From the NCBI RefSeq assembly GCF_009914755.1, contig NC_060929.1: a stretch of 64,000 nt of DNA. The stretch is one strand, 5' to 3'. Positions 29,415 through 40,897 of this stretch are shown here, piece after piece. A model generated the notes under the pieces. The model worked only from the letters and a program-made list of their open reading frames with translations, was not told the origin of the DNA and did not search any database. A program made the translations under genes and the position numbers. This DNA is from the human T2T-CHM13v2.0 reference genome, Homo sapiens. The first letter of the stretch is position 1, and every line of letters begins with the position of its first letter.

Positions 29415-29767
29415 GAGGGATCAGTCTAAATTCATCCAGAGGGCAGGCAGAAACAGTAAATGAGACAGGCAAGATGTAAGACACTAGAGAGTTTTGGACT
29501 TGCATGTCCCAAATAAAAAGTACAACTGCTTTAGCTGTGACAGATTGTTGCCATATAAGAAAACTAAATCTGTTATTTTTTGGTCTTCCAATTATTCCGA
29601 GAGAAACCAGAAATCCATATTTATTCTGAGAAATTTTCCAATTTTTTAAATGTTGGGAACTAATGCAATAATAAGAACTTTGGTCCAAAATCACACAAAC
29701 ACACACACACACACACACAGTCCTGCAGTCAGAACCTTGGCCTAGGGGCTCCATTATGAAAATTCTT
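29415..29767 (+). mobile_element. MER102-like hAT-Charlie element containing a (CA)n repeat
   Basis: gattgttgccat...gagagaaaccagaaatccatattt...aattttttaaatgttgggaactaat. Confidence 0.6.
29693..29719. repeat. (CA)n microsatellite
   Basis: cacacaaacacacacacacacacacaca. Confidence 0.9.
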
Positions 29768-29849
29768 ATAAGAATAAAAATATGAAAAATGGGGAACTCT
29801 TTCTTGGCAGAAATGTAGAGATATTTTTGAGTTAGAAAAGAAATAGACT

Positions 29850-30011
29850 CCCTTATTGTTTTGGAGGCTGTCCTCTGCATTGTAGGATATTTGGCCCGAT
29901 CTATGTCTTCTACCCACCAGATACCAGCAGCACCTCCCCATCTAGTTGTTATGAAAAAATGATTCATAACATTCTGGGGCACCAGCATGGCCACTGCTGA
30001 GCATGCCCACT
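29850..30011 (-). mobile_element. MER20-family DNA transposon fragment
   Basis: ggctgtcctctgcattgtaggatattt...tctacccaccagataccagcagcacctcccc. Confidence 0.75.
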
Positions 30012-30019
30012 ATTTGAAC

Positions 30020-30240
30020 TATGTTCAAATTCTAGTAGTCCCATGGCTACTTATTTGCCATGTGACTTTAGGTAATTTATTTAAAATTTCTGTGCCTCAG
30101 TTTCTTTGTTTCTAAAGGAGAGTGATTATAAAAAATAGCAGGACTTACCTCCTAAGTACTTCATGAGTTAAATGAGCTAATTTCTATGAATCTCTTAGAT
30201 CAGTGACTGGTACGTAATAAATGCTATATATATGTTTATT
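30020..30240 (+). mobile_element. MIR SINE
   Basis: tgtgactttaggtaatttattt...ctgtgcctcagtttc...ttaaatgagctaat...cagtgactggtacgtaataaatgct. Confidence 0.8.
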
Positions 30241-31043
30241 GAATAAATAAATTTCTTATAAAGGCTCTGTCTTTGCATCATCTTTATAGTGAAAAGCTAG
30301 AAAGAACACAATTGTCCTTCATTAAGAATCCTAGAAATTCCCATAGGGACCAGGTAAAATATACAAATATATCAGGCCAGGTCACTAGATGAAAATTTAC
30401 AATGTAAGAGGAGTATCATGCCACAAGAAATTCTGCAAGAAAGCTTAGAATTATTCCACTTTTTTCCACTTTGCTATATGGTAGCTGGGATTGTTCAAAG
30501 AGAGATTCGAGCTCTCAGCCAATAATCCCCTTGCCAACTCAAGAAATGTGTATTTATCATGAGAGTGAATGGAATTATGCTGTTAAGACTATCTTTAAAG
30601 GAAACCAGAATTTTACCTAAAATAAGAGAAATACATTGTAAAGAAGGTTTTAACTTACTACTTTAGAAGCAGTCAGTCTTTTGATATATGAAGTAGTTGT
30701 GTCAATGGGTTAAAAGGAGTAGAAATTATCTCCTTCCCATTGTTTCTCTAGATTTTCAATATAGTCACAAGTGAAAAATAAGATATGTCAGAGATGTGAA
30801 TTCATAAAAAACAGGGAGGCCACCCATCACCTGCAACATCATCATGAGAAGTTACAACACTAAAATAACTAATTCTTATGGTCAATCTGCATTTCCCAGG
30901 ATCATCCTTGATAAAATCAAGATGTTAAGTTTTCTAGGAAGTTTGGGAATGGAGATAATACCTGACACTTATTGAATGTTACTGATAAACATTCATTGAA
31001 AATCCATTTTACTATCCACAGTTGTTAAGATTTGTCTAAGATT

Positions 31044-31240
31044 CACTGGCTCTCAACTGGGAGTGATTTTGCTCCCATGGGAACATATTGCTTGTCACAA
31101 CTGGATAGGGTGGTGCTACTGGCATCTGGTGAGTAGAAGTCAAGGATGAGGCCAAACATCCTACAATGCAGACGACAGCCCCCAAAACAAAAGAGTTATT
31201 TGATCCAAAGTATCAATAGTTTTGTGGATGACACGCCCTG
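31044..31240 (+). mobile_element. MER20 DNA transposon with a small internal deletion
   Basis: cactggctctcaactgggagtgattttgctccc...gtcacaactgg...tgctactggcatct...aaacatcctacaatgca...ccctg. Confidence 0.88.
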
Positions 31241-31344
31241 CAGTAGAGGGGGATGAAGCATAACCTCTAACTTGGCCTAAATGAGGAAACCAAAAGTTGC
31301 ATTTAACAGAGTTCCACTACATAATACTGACAATTTGTATTATG

Positions 31345-31580
31345 CAGCATAATCTGAAGCAAAGAACATAATTTTAGTTTTAGGCAAATCTGGTATAAAT
31401 CCTACCTCCTCCACCTATTACCTACGTGAGCTTGGGCCCATCTGTACCTTAGTTTTCTCATCTATAAAGCAGAGATATTGGTGGCATCTACTTTTCAGAG
31501 TAATTGTGGGAAATAGTAAGTCATTGTATGCAAAGTGCCTAGAATAGTGTCTGGCCCATGGGAAACACTATATATAATTT
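31345..31580 (+). mobile_element. MIR SINE
   Basis: ccttagttttctcatctataaa...tgtatgcaaagtgcctagaatagtgtctggc. Confidence 0.75.
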
Positions 31581-33654
31581 AAATGTTAAGTAAATGATGA
31601 ATGACTAAAACAGACATAAAATGCCTATCTTTCTATGTCAATTCCTCCTCTTTTAACCTTAGTGGTGAAACAGGAAATATGACATTGATTGTAGTCCTAG
31701 TGAGGAGCATAATTATTTTATAACATTGGATTTGTTCTTCTTCAGTGCATTTCATTGTACTACAGTATGGCTAATCTACAACTGTGTCTGTTTATGAAGT
31801 GTGTACTCTTTACAGAATGCTAAGTAATGCAAAGATGGATAACCTGATTCCTATGTCTAATTCCTATGTCTTCCCCCAATTCAGAAATTCCTAATTGTTG
31901 AAAATTAAACTCTGTCTCACGTGGAACATGTCCTGCTTTTTTTCCTTTCATTCATGGCTCAAATTCAAATAAAGGTCACATTTGACATCATCATAGCTCT
32001 ATATAATTGTATGCTGTGTTTGCAAAGAATAAATTTTTAGTGAAAAGATCTCAAAATCTATAATGTACCAAAAAGATATATACATTTGCCAATTGGTTTG
32101 CTAAATTGGCTGCTTGCATTTTTCTGAAATCTCTATTTTTCTCTGTCTTTCACCTTTACCAGCAGTCTTCTCAACAAAGCCTTATCAGATACTTCAGAAC
32201 ACTTTCCCTTCTCTGAAGGCTGAAATAAGAATTAAAAATTGTAGTGAAACACTCAGACATTGTGATGTTTATGGTGGAGTCATGTTCTCTATAATCGGGG
32301 CTTTAAGATTCATTGGGAATAAAAAATCTGTTTACTCTGCTGGAGGAATTAGGCTCTGTAGAAATTGTTTTAGTTCTCTTTGTTTATAATGATTTGTTAG
32401 CTCTTGACTGCAGAAATAATTTTGTTGTTTACATTAATCTATGGTGGCAGTATTAACTTCACATCATACATAAATATAATTATTGATCATTACCAGCTGT
32501 AATTCAGTGTTAGAATTACAGATTTACATAATTGTGCTATTAAGTATAAACTTGAACTTCATATCTGGGGTCACAAATAACTGGAGGCAGTAGAAATGGA
32601 AAATTCTGATTATATGTCATTCATATTTTAATATACACTGTTGCAATTTTGATCAGTGTTAATGTAAATATTTTTATGTACTTTACAGCAATGAGATGCT
32701 AATGGGTGGAAATTACAGCAATATTGATCTAGCTAATAAAATGTAATACATTAGTAAGAAAGGATATTTATTATATGCTTCAACTATTACTATACATCAT
32801 CTGCCTAAGGAACATGAGCTGCGTCACCAGCAAAAAAAAATGTTTGAACCAGACCCTATGAGCTTCTCCCCATTCACAATCATGGTTTTTCTGCTGAATC
32901 TTTTATGCTGATGTGGATTCAACAAGAGCAATGCCATTTCTAAAACATGCAACTATTCTCTCTTTATGTAATTATTGCATGGAAAACATTCTATAATAAT
33001 CAACAAACAAAGAGTGTCTAAAAATATTCTTTAAGATGCTACACATGTCTGCATTGTTTAAGTCTCAATAAATGTGCCATGTGTAAACTATATAGTAAGT
33101 CCTAATTTTTAATCTTAGAACTCAATGAGCTAAAATGCCTTAAAAAAAAAAATCCAATACTTTGCGAACAGAATTTCAAATGTAGCAATTTGGGCTTTGA
33201 TGTCAAAAACTCAGTAGACTTCTAACTTATTAACACTAAATTGAGATTTACTTTTTGAAGCTATTTTTTAAATTTATAAAATCAAAACTGAAAAGAAATT
33301 TAAATATTAGATAAATTACTAATAAATTACTTGTTTTCTATTACTAATTCATGTATTTTATTGAATTTTATGAGATTGCCATTGTCTTGCATCAGAATTG
33401 ATCAATTTCATTTGATCCAACCCAACTATGTATTTATCTATTGACCTATCTATCCATCTATATCAATCTACCTTCCTAAGTATTTTTTCTTAAAGGTAAT
33501 ACATACTCATGAAAAAAATTCCAAAATACACCAAAAGGTAAAAATAAAGCACAAAATTAGTCCTCCTATTTCTCCCTTATCCTCAACTCTTCTGCCCCAG
33601 TTTGATTTTTAGTTTTGATTGTATGAATGGTTCAATATTGTGTACCTTGCTTTT

Positions 33655-34335
33655 TTGCTTATTAAACATAAAACATTTTTCATCTTAAGCATATACTCAT
33701 GTGTAGTTCAGTAGTGTTAGGCACAATTTACAGTGTTATATAATCAATTTCTAGAACTCGTTTCATTTTGTAAAATTGAAGATCTATACTCCTTAAACAA
33801 CAACAAATCATTCCTTCTTAGCCTCTAGCTCCTGACAACCACCATTCCCCTTTCTGTCTTTATAAATTTGACTACTTTAGGTACCTCATATAAGCGCAAT
33901 CATACAGTATTTGTCTTTTTAGAACTAACTTACTTCACTGAATGTCTTTGAGGTTTATCCATGTTGTAGGATGATGCATCTTTTCCTTCCTTTTTAGGGC
34001 TAACTAATATTCCATTGTATGCATACACCGTATTTTCTTTATCCATTCATCAGTTGAGGAGCACTTGGCTTGCTTCCACTTCTTGGCTGTTGTGAATAAT
34101 GCTGCCAAAAGCTTGGGGGGACAAATGACTCTTCTAAACTCTGCTTTCAAATCTTTTGGGTGCATACTCAGAAGTGGAATTTTTAGATCACATGAGGATA
34201 CTGCTTTTAATACCTAATTTGTTGAGTGGTTTTATCATAAAAAAGTGCTGAATTTTGTCATGTGTTTTTTCCACTTTAATCGAGATGATCATGTGGTTTT
34301 TGCCTTCATTCTGTTATAGTAATGTGGTATATATT
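33655..34335 (-). mobile_element. L1MB-type 3' fragment plus a short ORF2 piece
   Basis: tttgactactttaggtacctcatataag..aatcatacagtatttgtc, aatattccattgtatg, tgtgaataatgctgc; then ctaatttgttgag...gagatgatcatgtggttttt. Confidence 0.85.
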
Positions 34336-34339
34336 AGGT

Positions 34340-35671
34340 TGTTTTATTTATTTATTTTTATTATACTTTAAGTTCCGGGATACATGTGCAGAACGTGCAG
34401 GTTTTATCTGCACGTTTAATATATTTAATCTAGAATTTATCCATTTCTTCTAGATTTTCTAGTTTATTTGCATAGAGGTGTTTATGGTATTCTCTGATGG
34501 TAGTTTGTATTTCTATGGGGTCAGTGGTGATATCCCCTTTATCATTTTTTATTGTGTCTATTTGATTCTTCTCTTTTTTCTTCTTTATTAGTCTGGCTAG
34601 AAGTCTATCTATTTTGTGAATCTTTTCAAATAACCAGCTGCTGGATTCCTTGATGTTTTCAAGGGATTTTTGTGTCTCTATGTCCTTCAGTTCTGCTCTG
34701 ATCTTAGTTATTTCTTGCCTTCTGCTAGCTTTTGAATTTGTTTGCTCTTGCTTCTCTACGTTCTTTTAATTGTGACGTTAGAGTGTCAATTTTAGATCTT
34801 TCCCGCTTTCTCATGTAGCCATTTAGTGCTATATATTTTCCTCTAAACACTGCTTTAGCTATGTCCCAGAGATTCTGGTAGGTTGTGTGTCTGTTCACAT
34901 TGGTTTTAAATAACTTATTTATTTCTGCTTTAATTTCATTATTTACCCAGTAGTCATTCAGGAGCAGCTTGTTCAGTTTCCATGTAGTTGTGCGGTTTTG
35001 AGTGAGTTTCTTAATCCTGAGTTCTAATTTGATTGCACTGTGGTCTGAGAGACTGTTATGATTTCTGTCCTTTTGCATTTGCTGAGGAGTGTTTTACTTC
35101 CAATTATGTGGTCGATTTTAGAATAAGTGCTACGTGATGCTGAGAAGAATGTATATTCTATTGATTTGGGGTGGAGAGTTCTGCAGATGTCTATTAGGTC
35201 CACTTGGTCCAGAGCTGAGTTGAAGCCCTGAATGTCCTTAATTTTCTGTCTCGTTGATCTGTCTCATATTGACAGTGGGGTGTTAAAATCTCCCACTATT
35301 ATTGTGTGAGAGTCTCAGTCTCTTTGTAGGTCTCTAAGAACTTGCTTTATGACTCTGGGTGCTCCTGTACTGGGTGCATATATATTTAGAATAATTAGCT
35401 CTTCTTGTTGCATTGATACCTTTACCATTATGTAATGCCCTTCTTTGTCTCTTTTGATCTTTGTTGATTTAAAGTCTGTTTTATCAGAGACTAGGATTGC
35501 AACCCCTGCTCTTTTTTTGCTTTCCAGTTGCTTGGTAAATATTCCTCCATCCCTTTATTTTGAGCCTATGTGTGTCTTTGCACGTGAGATGGGTCTCCTG
35601 AATACAGCACACCATTGGGTCTTGACTCTTTATCCAATTTGCCAGTCTGAGTCTTTTAATTGGGGCATTTA
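34340..35671 (-). mobile_element. L1PA (about PA7-like) LINE: extreme 3' end fused to the ORF2 endonuclease region
   Basis: ttattatactttaagttccgggatacatgtgcagaacgtgcaggttt (L1PA terminus) followed by about 1.25 kb of ORF2 5' sequence. Confidence 0.92.
34432..35671 (-). pseudogene. Disrupted L1 ORF2p fragment (APE-like endonuclease domain and downstream linker)
   Basis: Minus-strand translation LNAPIKR.RLANWIKSQDP.VCCIQETHLTCKDTHRLKIKGWR; ORF 34725-35078 has [28 protein letters not shown]...[16 protein letters not shown]; frameshifted. Confidence 0.9.
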
Positions 35672-36850
35672 TCTCATTTTGTATGCATATGGCTAGCTAG
35701 GTACCCTGAAAAATTGAATGAATATTACATTTTCCCCAAGTAATTTGAATGCCATTCTTATCATATATTTATTCTCCATATTTCTTTCATCTATATTTTT
35801 CCAAGGGCCAGAGCTTTATTTATTAAATTTTATTACTTTTTGGTTACTCCTCTTTAATATTCTCACTTATTGAAATTGTCTTATATATTTCTTTATGGTT
35901 ATTTATATATGTTCTATATAATAGAACATATATTCATATATTATCTAGCAGTTTTCTAATTGCTAAAAAATTTTCATTGATGTTTTCATTCATAAACATT
36001 GAATTTGTATACTAATTTAGAGATTATTGCCATTTTTATAGTATTTTAGTCTTGCTATTCTCAAATAAGGTAACATTTCCATCTATTTAAGTTTGCTTAT
36101 TTTTAAATGTTTATTTCATACACATTCTCTACTAATTTTACTCCTAAGTGTTCTGTATGAGCCTGTTTAGGCTTTCATTAAAAATATCATAAACTGAGTG
36201 GCTTAAAGAAAATGTATTTTGTCATATATTTGTCATATTTTTTCATATTTTTGGAGGCTAGAAACTTCAACAGCACGGATTCAGCAAGGTTTGGTTTCTA
36301 GTGAGGACTCTCTTCCCAACTTTCAGACAGCTGCTTTCTTGCTGTATCCTCACATGGTAGACAGAGAGAAAGCAAGTTCTCTGTTGTCTCTTCTTATAAG
36401 GACACTAATTCTATAGGACTAGGCCCCAATCCTTATGATCCATTTTAATTTCTTTCTTACTCCAAGTAAAGTCACACTGGAGTTAGAGCTTCAACATATG
36501 ACTTTTGAGGGAAGACAACACAGTCCATAGCATATTCATCTTTCATGTTACTATTATAAATGGGATGGTTTTCCATTTTGTTTATATAAGAAAGCCATAA
36601 ACTTTTTGTATCGGTTTTGTAATGAGAAACTCTGCTCTGTTGTCTTAATGTTTGTAATAGTTTTGGGGTAAAATATATTGGCTATTCAGGTATAAAGTCC
36701 TAAAATCAGACAATAATATTTCTTTCTTATTCAGCATTTTTACCTTATATATTTTTCTTGTCTAATTTCATTGCTTAGTACTCCAAGACCATTATTAAAA
36801 CATAGCGATGGAAATTGATACATTATTCATTATTCATAATGAACATATTA
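35672..36850 (-). mobile_element. Very old L1ME-type fragment, interrupted by MLT1A
   Basis: T-rich strand with cattgaatttgtatactaatttagaga, attataaatggga, ttcttgtctaatttcattgcttagtactcc. Confidence 0.5.
36154..36532 (-). mobile_element. MLT1A-like MaLR solo LTR
   Basis: tgtatgag...aaactgagtggcttaaa...tcttgctgtatcctcacatgg...cttataaggacactaat...cagtccatagca; TSD tgttc / tattc. Confidence 0.88.
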
Positions 36851-36881
36851 ATTCATTATTTTTTACATGAGAAGAAAATTA

Positions 36882-37164
<283 letters not shown>

Positions 37165-37170
<6 letters not shown>

Positions 37171-37280
37171 AAAGGAGAGAAAGAAAGAAAGAAAGAAAGG
37201 AGGGAGGGAGGGAGGGAGGGAGGGAGGGAAGGAAGGAAGGAAGGAAGGAAGGAAGGAAGGAAGGAAGGAAGGGAAGGAAA
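37165..37280 (+). repeat. Alu-tail-derived (GAAA)n(GGGA)n(GGAA)n compound microsatellite
   Basis: Pure-purine tract lying between the Alu body and the 3' TSD. Confidence 0.95.
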
Positions 37281-37719
37281 TTAGATCCAGACAAATTATT
37301 CCATGGTAAAGAAAATATATAAGGCTATTTTCAATAAAGAAAAAATACTGTGTTATTGGACACAACTTATTAAATACCTTGTTGTTACTATTATATTATA
37401 CTTGGAAGAAAAATAATGAGTAGAAAGCAAATACACATAGATTTTGATGATATTTGTAGATGCAGGGTTTTGGACTTTTCGTTTTAAAACCAGATTTTTA
37501 GAAGCAAATATACTTTTCATATTAAGAGAATCAGAAATACTAAAACAGTTCTTCCTCACTCATGAGAACAGTAAATATGGAAAATGCTTAGGTTAGACCT
37601 CTACTCAAAATCCATTTTATAGAAAGTGTTTTTTTTCCCCCTGTGTAATAATTATCTCTCAATTCTTTCAACAAATAAAAGTTAAGGGGATAAAAATCTC
37701 ACTGGGGTACTAATTCCCC

Positions 37720-38190
37720 ATCACAGAACAATTCTCCAGGTGGCCTTGTACCAACCCAGTTCTCTCCCCTTTCTCGCTTGTAGTTCTCAAGAATAGCTTT
37801 AGATTGTGGTGAGAATGCAACATCCTGAGATGAGGGGAGCTAGTCAGAACAACTCAGGCTCTCTTCCAGTCCCCACCCTGGAATCAGGATGTCCCTCAAG
37901 GCTTTAACCCAGCATGTCTTCTGACCCCCAAGGTATAAAACCAGAGTGGACAACTTTCCAGCACCCCTCAGCTTCAGTACCTGTAGAGTATGCACAAATG
38001 AAACTCCATCTGCCCTGAGCAGCTTTCCTGAGCCTTGTAAGACTGGTTCGTAATGTATCGTATGATTCTATTGTTCCTTGATGCCTATCTGTAAATAATA
38101 AACCTTCTTTAGGTAACTTCTGTATGTGGGTGTTCTGTCTCACTGGATTCAGACAAGTTAATAACCAGTGCACACTAAAACTGCTTAACA
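37720..38190 (+). mobile_element. ERVL-type solo LTR (LTR47-like)
   Basis: About 470 bp with TATA box ggtataaaa (~37932), aataaa (~38097) and end aaccagtgcacactaaaactgcttaaca; family name uncertain. Confidence 0.65.
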
Positions 38191-39399
38191 CTCATTAATC
38201 CCTCTATTCAGCATCAGTACTATTCTTTTCAGGCAATATTTTGTAAATCTATCTATAATTCATTCAACAAATAAATGACACTTGAGTCTTGCTATGTACT
38301 AGGCACTTGGACTAGGTACTAGATATATCAATAAAAATAAAAAGTGGTCCACAAACAACAAGAGTAGTTGTTTGAGCAGTGGGAGTAGCCATAATGACAG
38401 GGAAAAAAAAACAAAAAGTATATTACATTTCTCATAGCCTGAGCCTGTTAGTGGACACTGTGAGTATTTGAAATTGTTAAATCCAAATAAAGAGAGGTCT
38501 TCATGTACTGTAGAAATGTGGAAAACAACTCAACCTTTCTATAACTCAAAAACAAAGACACTTGTGAAATAGTCTGTAACATGATTCCTTTTCATGTTTA
38601 ATCTTTATCCATTGTTGAATCTTATTATTCATTTCATCTTACCCTGTGAATTTCAATGATCTTTGGTTGGCTTGGCTTGGCTTGGCTTTTGGTAATGCTC
38701 ATTTGATCACTTAATACATATAATTGGAGGAAGAAAAAGAAGTAGTTGAATAATCAAATAAAGGGTTATAGGAGAAAAGTTTTTATTGTTGCTGCTGCAG
38801 TTTAGTTTTCTTTGTTTTCTTGTATATATTATTTAGTGCTTCCTTTGTAAAGTCAGATAAAGATGGAAAATGTATTAACCTCATCTATTCCTTCTTTGTC
38901 ATTCTCCTTTATCCCCCAGGCAACTAGTTGCCAGCACCACCTGTCTCACCTATCTTCTCTGCCAATGTACTGGACAGCCATAATTAAGGTGGTACTAGTT
39001 TTCCAGATTGTGTGGGTTTGTAGTTTTTCTACTAATTCTCAAAGCCAATTACCCATATACCCTAAGTTCTAGCTTTGTCAAATACTTGCAGGCCTCCTGA
39101 CTGTTTTCTATGCCTATTTATCTGCTAGACTTTCTCTGCTTAGTATGTTTTCTCTACACTTAACCTTTTCTCACTTGAATCACCTCACATCCTCCAATCC
39201 CTTTGGCTACCCTAAAGTTTTTCTCTTTTGCTGTGAAATAAAAGTTACTCATTATATAATATTAAATTCAAGTGCCACTTCATCATTAAGCCTTTGCTGA
39301 TGACAATGTCTCTCAGATAACAAATATTGACCACCCTTTCCTTCATGTCTTACCTGTTAGTATTCCACCCCTCTTGTATCACAGTGCCTATATTTTTCA

Positions 39400-39520
39400 T
39401 TTACTCACTAGAGTGTATACTACACTAAGGCAGAAATTTTTCTGTTTTGTTTATTGTCGTATTTTCTAAAACCACGCCTGATATTTAGCAAGTGCCTAAT
39501 AAATATTTGTTGGATATTGC
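39400..39520 (+). mobile_element. L2 3' end
   Basis: cactagagtgta...aggcagaaatttttctgttttgttt...gcctaataaatatttgttg. Confidence 0.7.
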
Positions 39521-39691
39521 TCTGATTTGTTTACATGTTTATATCTTATTCAACTACAAGTGACCTGAGTCCAGAAGCCTAATCAGAATATAAATAAGTG
39601 ATTAATTAATGCTTATTGAAGTTGTTTTCTTAAAATAACCTAAAATTATTTCATAATATTTTTGCATTGAGACTATAAGACAAAGAGATTC

Positions 39692-40244
39692 TGTTACCAA
39701 AAAGGAGTCCAGATCCAGACCCCAAGAGAGGGCTTTTGGATCTCATGTAAGAAAGAATTCAGGGTGAGTCCATAGAGTAAAGTGAAAGCAAGTGTATTAA
39801 GAAAGTAGAGGAATAAAAGAATGGCTATTCCATAGACAGAGCAGACTCAAGGGCTGCTGGTTGCCCATTTTTATGGTTATTTCTTGATGATATGCTGAAC
39901 AAGGGATAGATTATTCATGTCTCCCCTTTTTAGACCATATAGGGTAAATTCCTGATGTTGCCATGGCATTTGTAAACTGTCATGGCACTGGTAGGAGGGC
40001 AGCAGTGAGGACGACCAGAGGTCACTCTTGTGGCCATCTTGGTTTTAGTGGATTTTAGCTGGGTTCTTTACTGCAAACTGTTTTGACAGCAAGGTCTTTA
40101 TTACTTGTATCTTGTGTTGACTTCCTATCTCATCCTGTAACTTAGAATCACTAACCGTCTGGGAATGCAGCCCAGCAGGTTTCAGCCTTATTTTACCCAG
40201 CTCCTATTCAAGATGGAGTTGCTATGGTTCAAATGCTTCTGACA
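39692..40244 (-). mobile_element. MER41A (ERV1) solo LTR
   Basis: Minus strand reads tgtcagaagcatttgaaccatagcaactccatcttgaatagg...ggggtctggatctggactcctttttggtaaca; 553 bp; near-TSD attc / tttc. Confidence 0.92.
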
Positions 40245-40709
40245 TTTCCAATAAATTTTTAAACTTCATTAGCCTTTAAAATTATTATTTTCCCCTTTTC
40301 TGCCAGGAAACACTAGAAATGCTCTAGAAATAGACAGCCTATGCTTCCTTCTGATAAGTTACCAGGAGCCCTTTCAGGAGGCTACTCAATGCTCCATCAA
40401 GGTACCATGCTCAACAACTCAGACTCGAGGATACAATGAGAGTTTATTATGGAGACAGACTATAATGAAACTAAAGAACTTTCTCTTTTTTATTTCTTCT
40501 TCAATCTACTAGCTCTCTGAAAAAAAAATATACATATATATGTTGTTTTCATCTCATATATACATATATATATATATAGGATGAAATCTCTACCTACCAT
40601 ATGGGGTTATTACCCAGCTATGTTGAGCCAAGAGAATATGACATCAAAATAAATTGTTCTTGATTAAATGCAACATCAGACATACACAAGTCAAGCAAAA
40701 GCTTTTTTA

Positions 40710-40897
40710 CTCTTAACCTGATTTACTTGCTATGTGAATTGCTGTGTCCTTTGCATTTAAAGTTTCCTCATTTGTAAAAGGAGATAATGATGCAGACCTC
40801 TTCACAAGATCACTGTGTCACTTAACTAATTAATACTGTAATTATAAAGTACTTAGGAAATATAGTGCACTGTACAAATGCCAAGTGTTGTTATTAG
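40710..40897 (+). mobile_element. MIR3/MIRc fragment
   Basis: agtttcctcatttgtaaaaggagataatgat...gcactgtacaaatgc. Confidence 0.7.

Noticed and set aside
29407-29994. Longest ORF in the track (195 aa, minus strand)
   Set aside because: Runs through MER20- and MER102-like elements and a (CA)n repeat (VCVCVC); no recognisable domain
34725-35078. 117-aa ORF with real protein homology
   Set aside because: It is a fragment of L1 ORF2p in a truncated, frameshifted element, not a functional CDS
38667-38686. (TTGGC)4 as an NFI site array
   Set aside because: Short pentanucleotide slippage repeat lacking the palindromic TTGGC-n5-GCCAA partner
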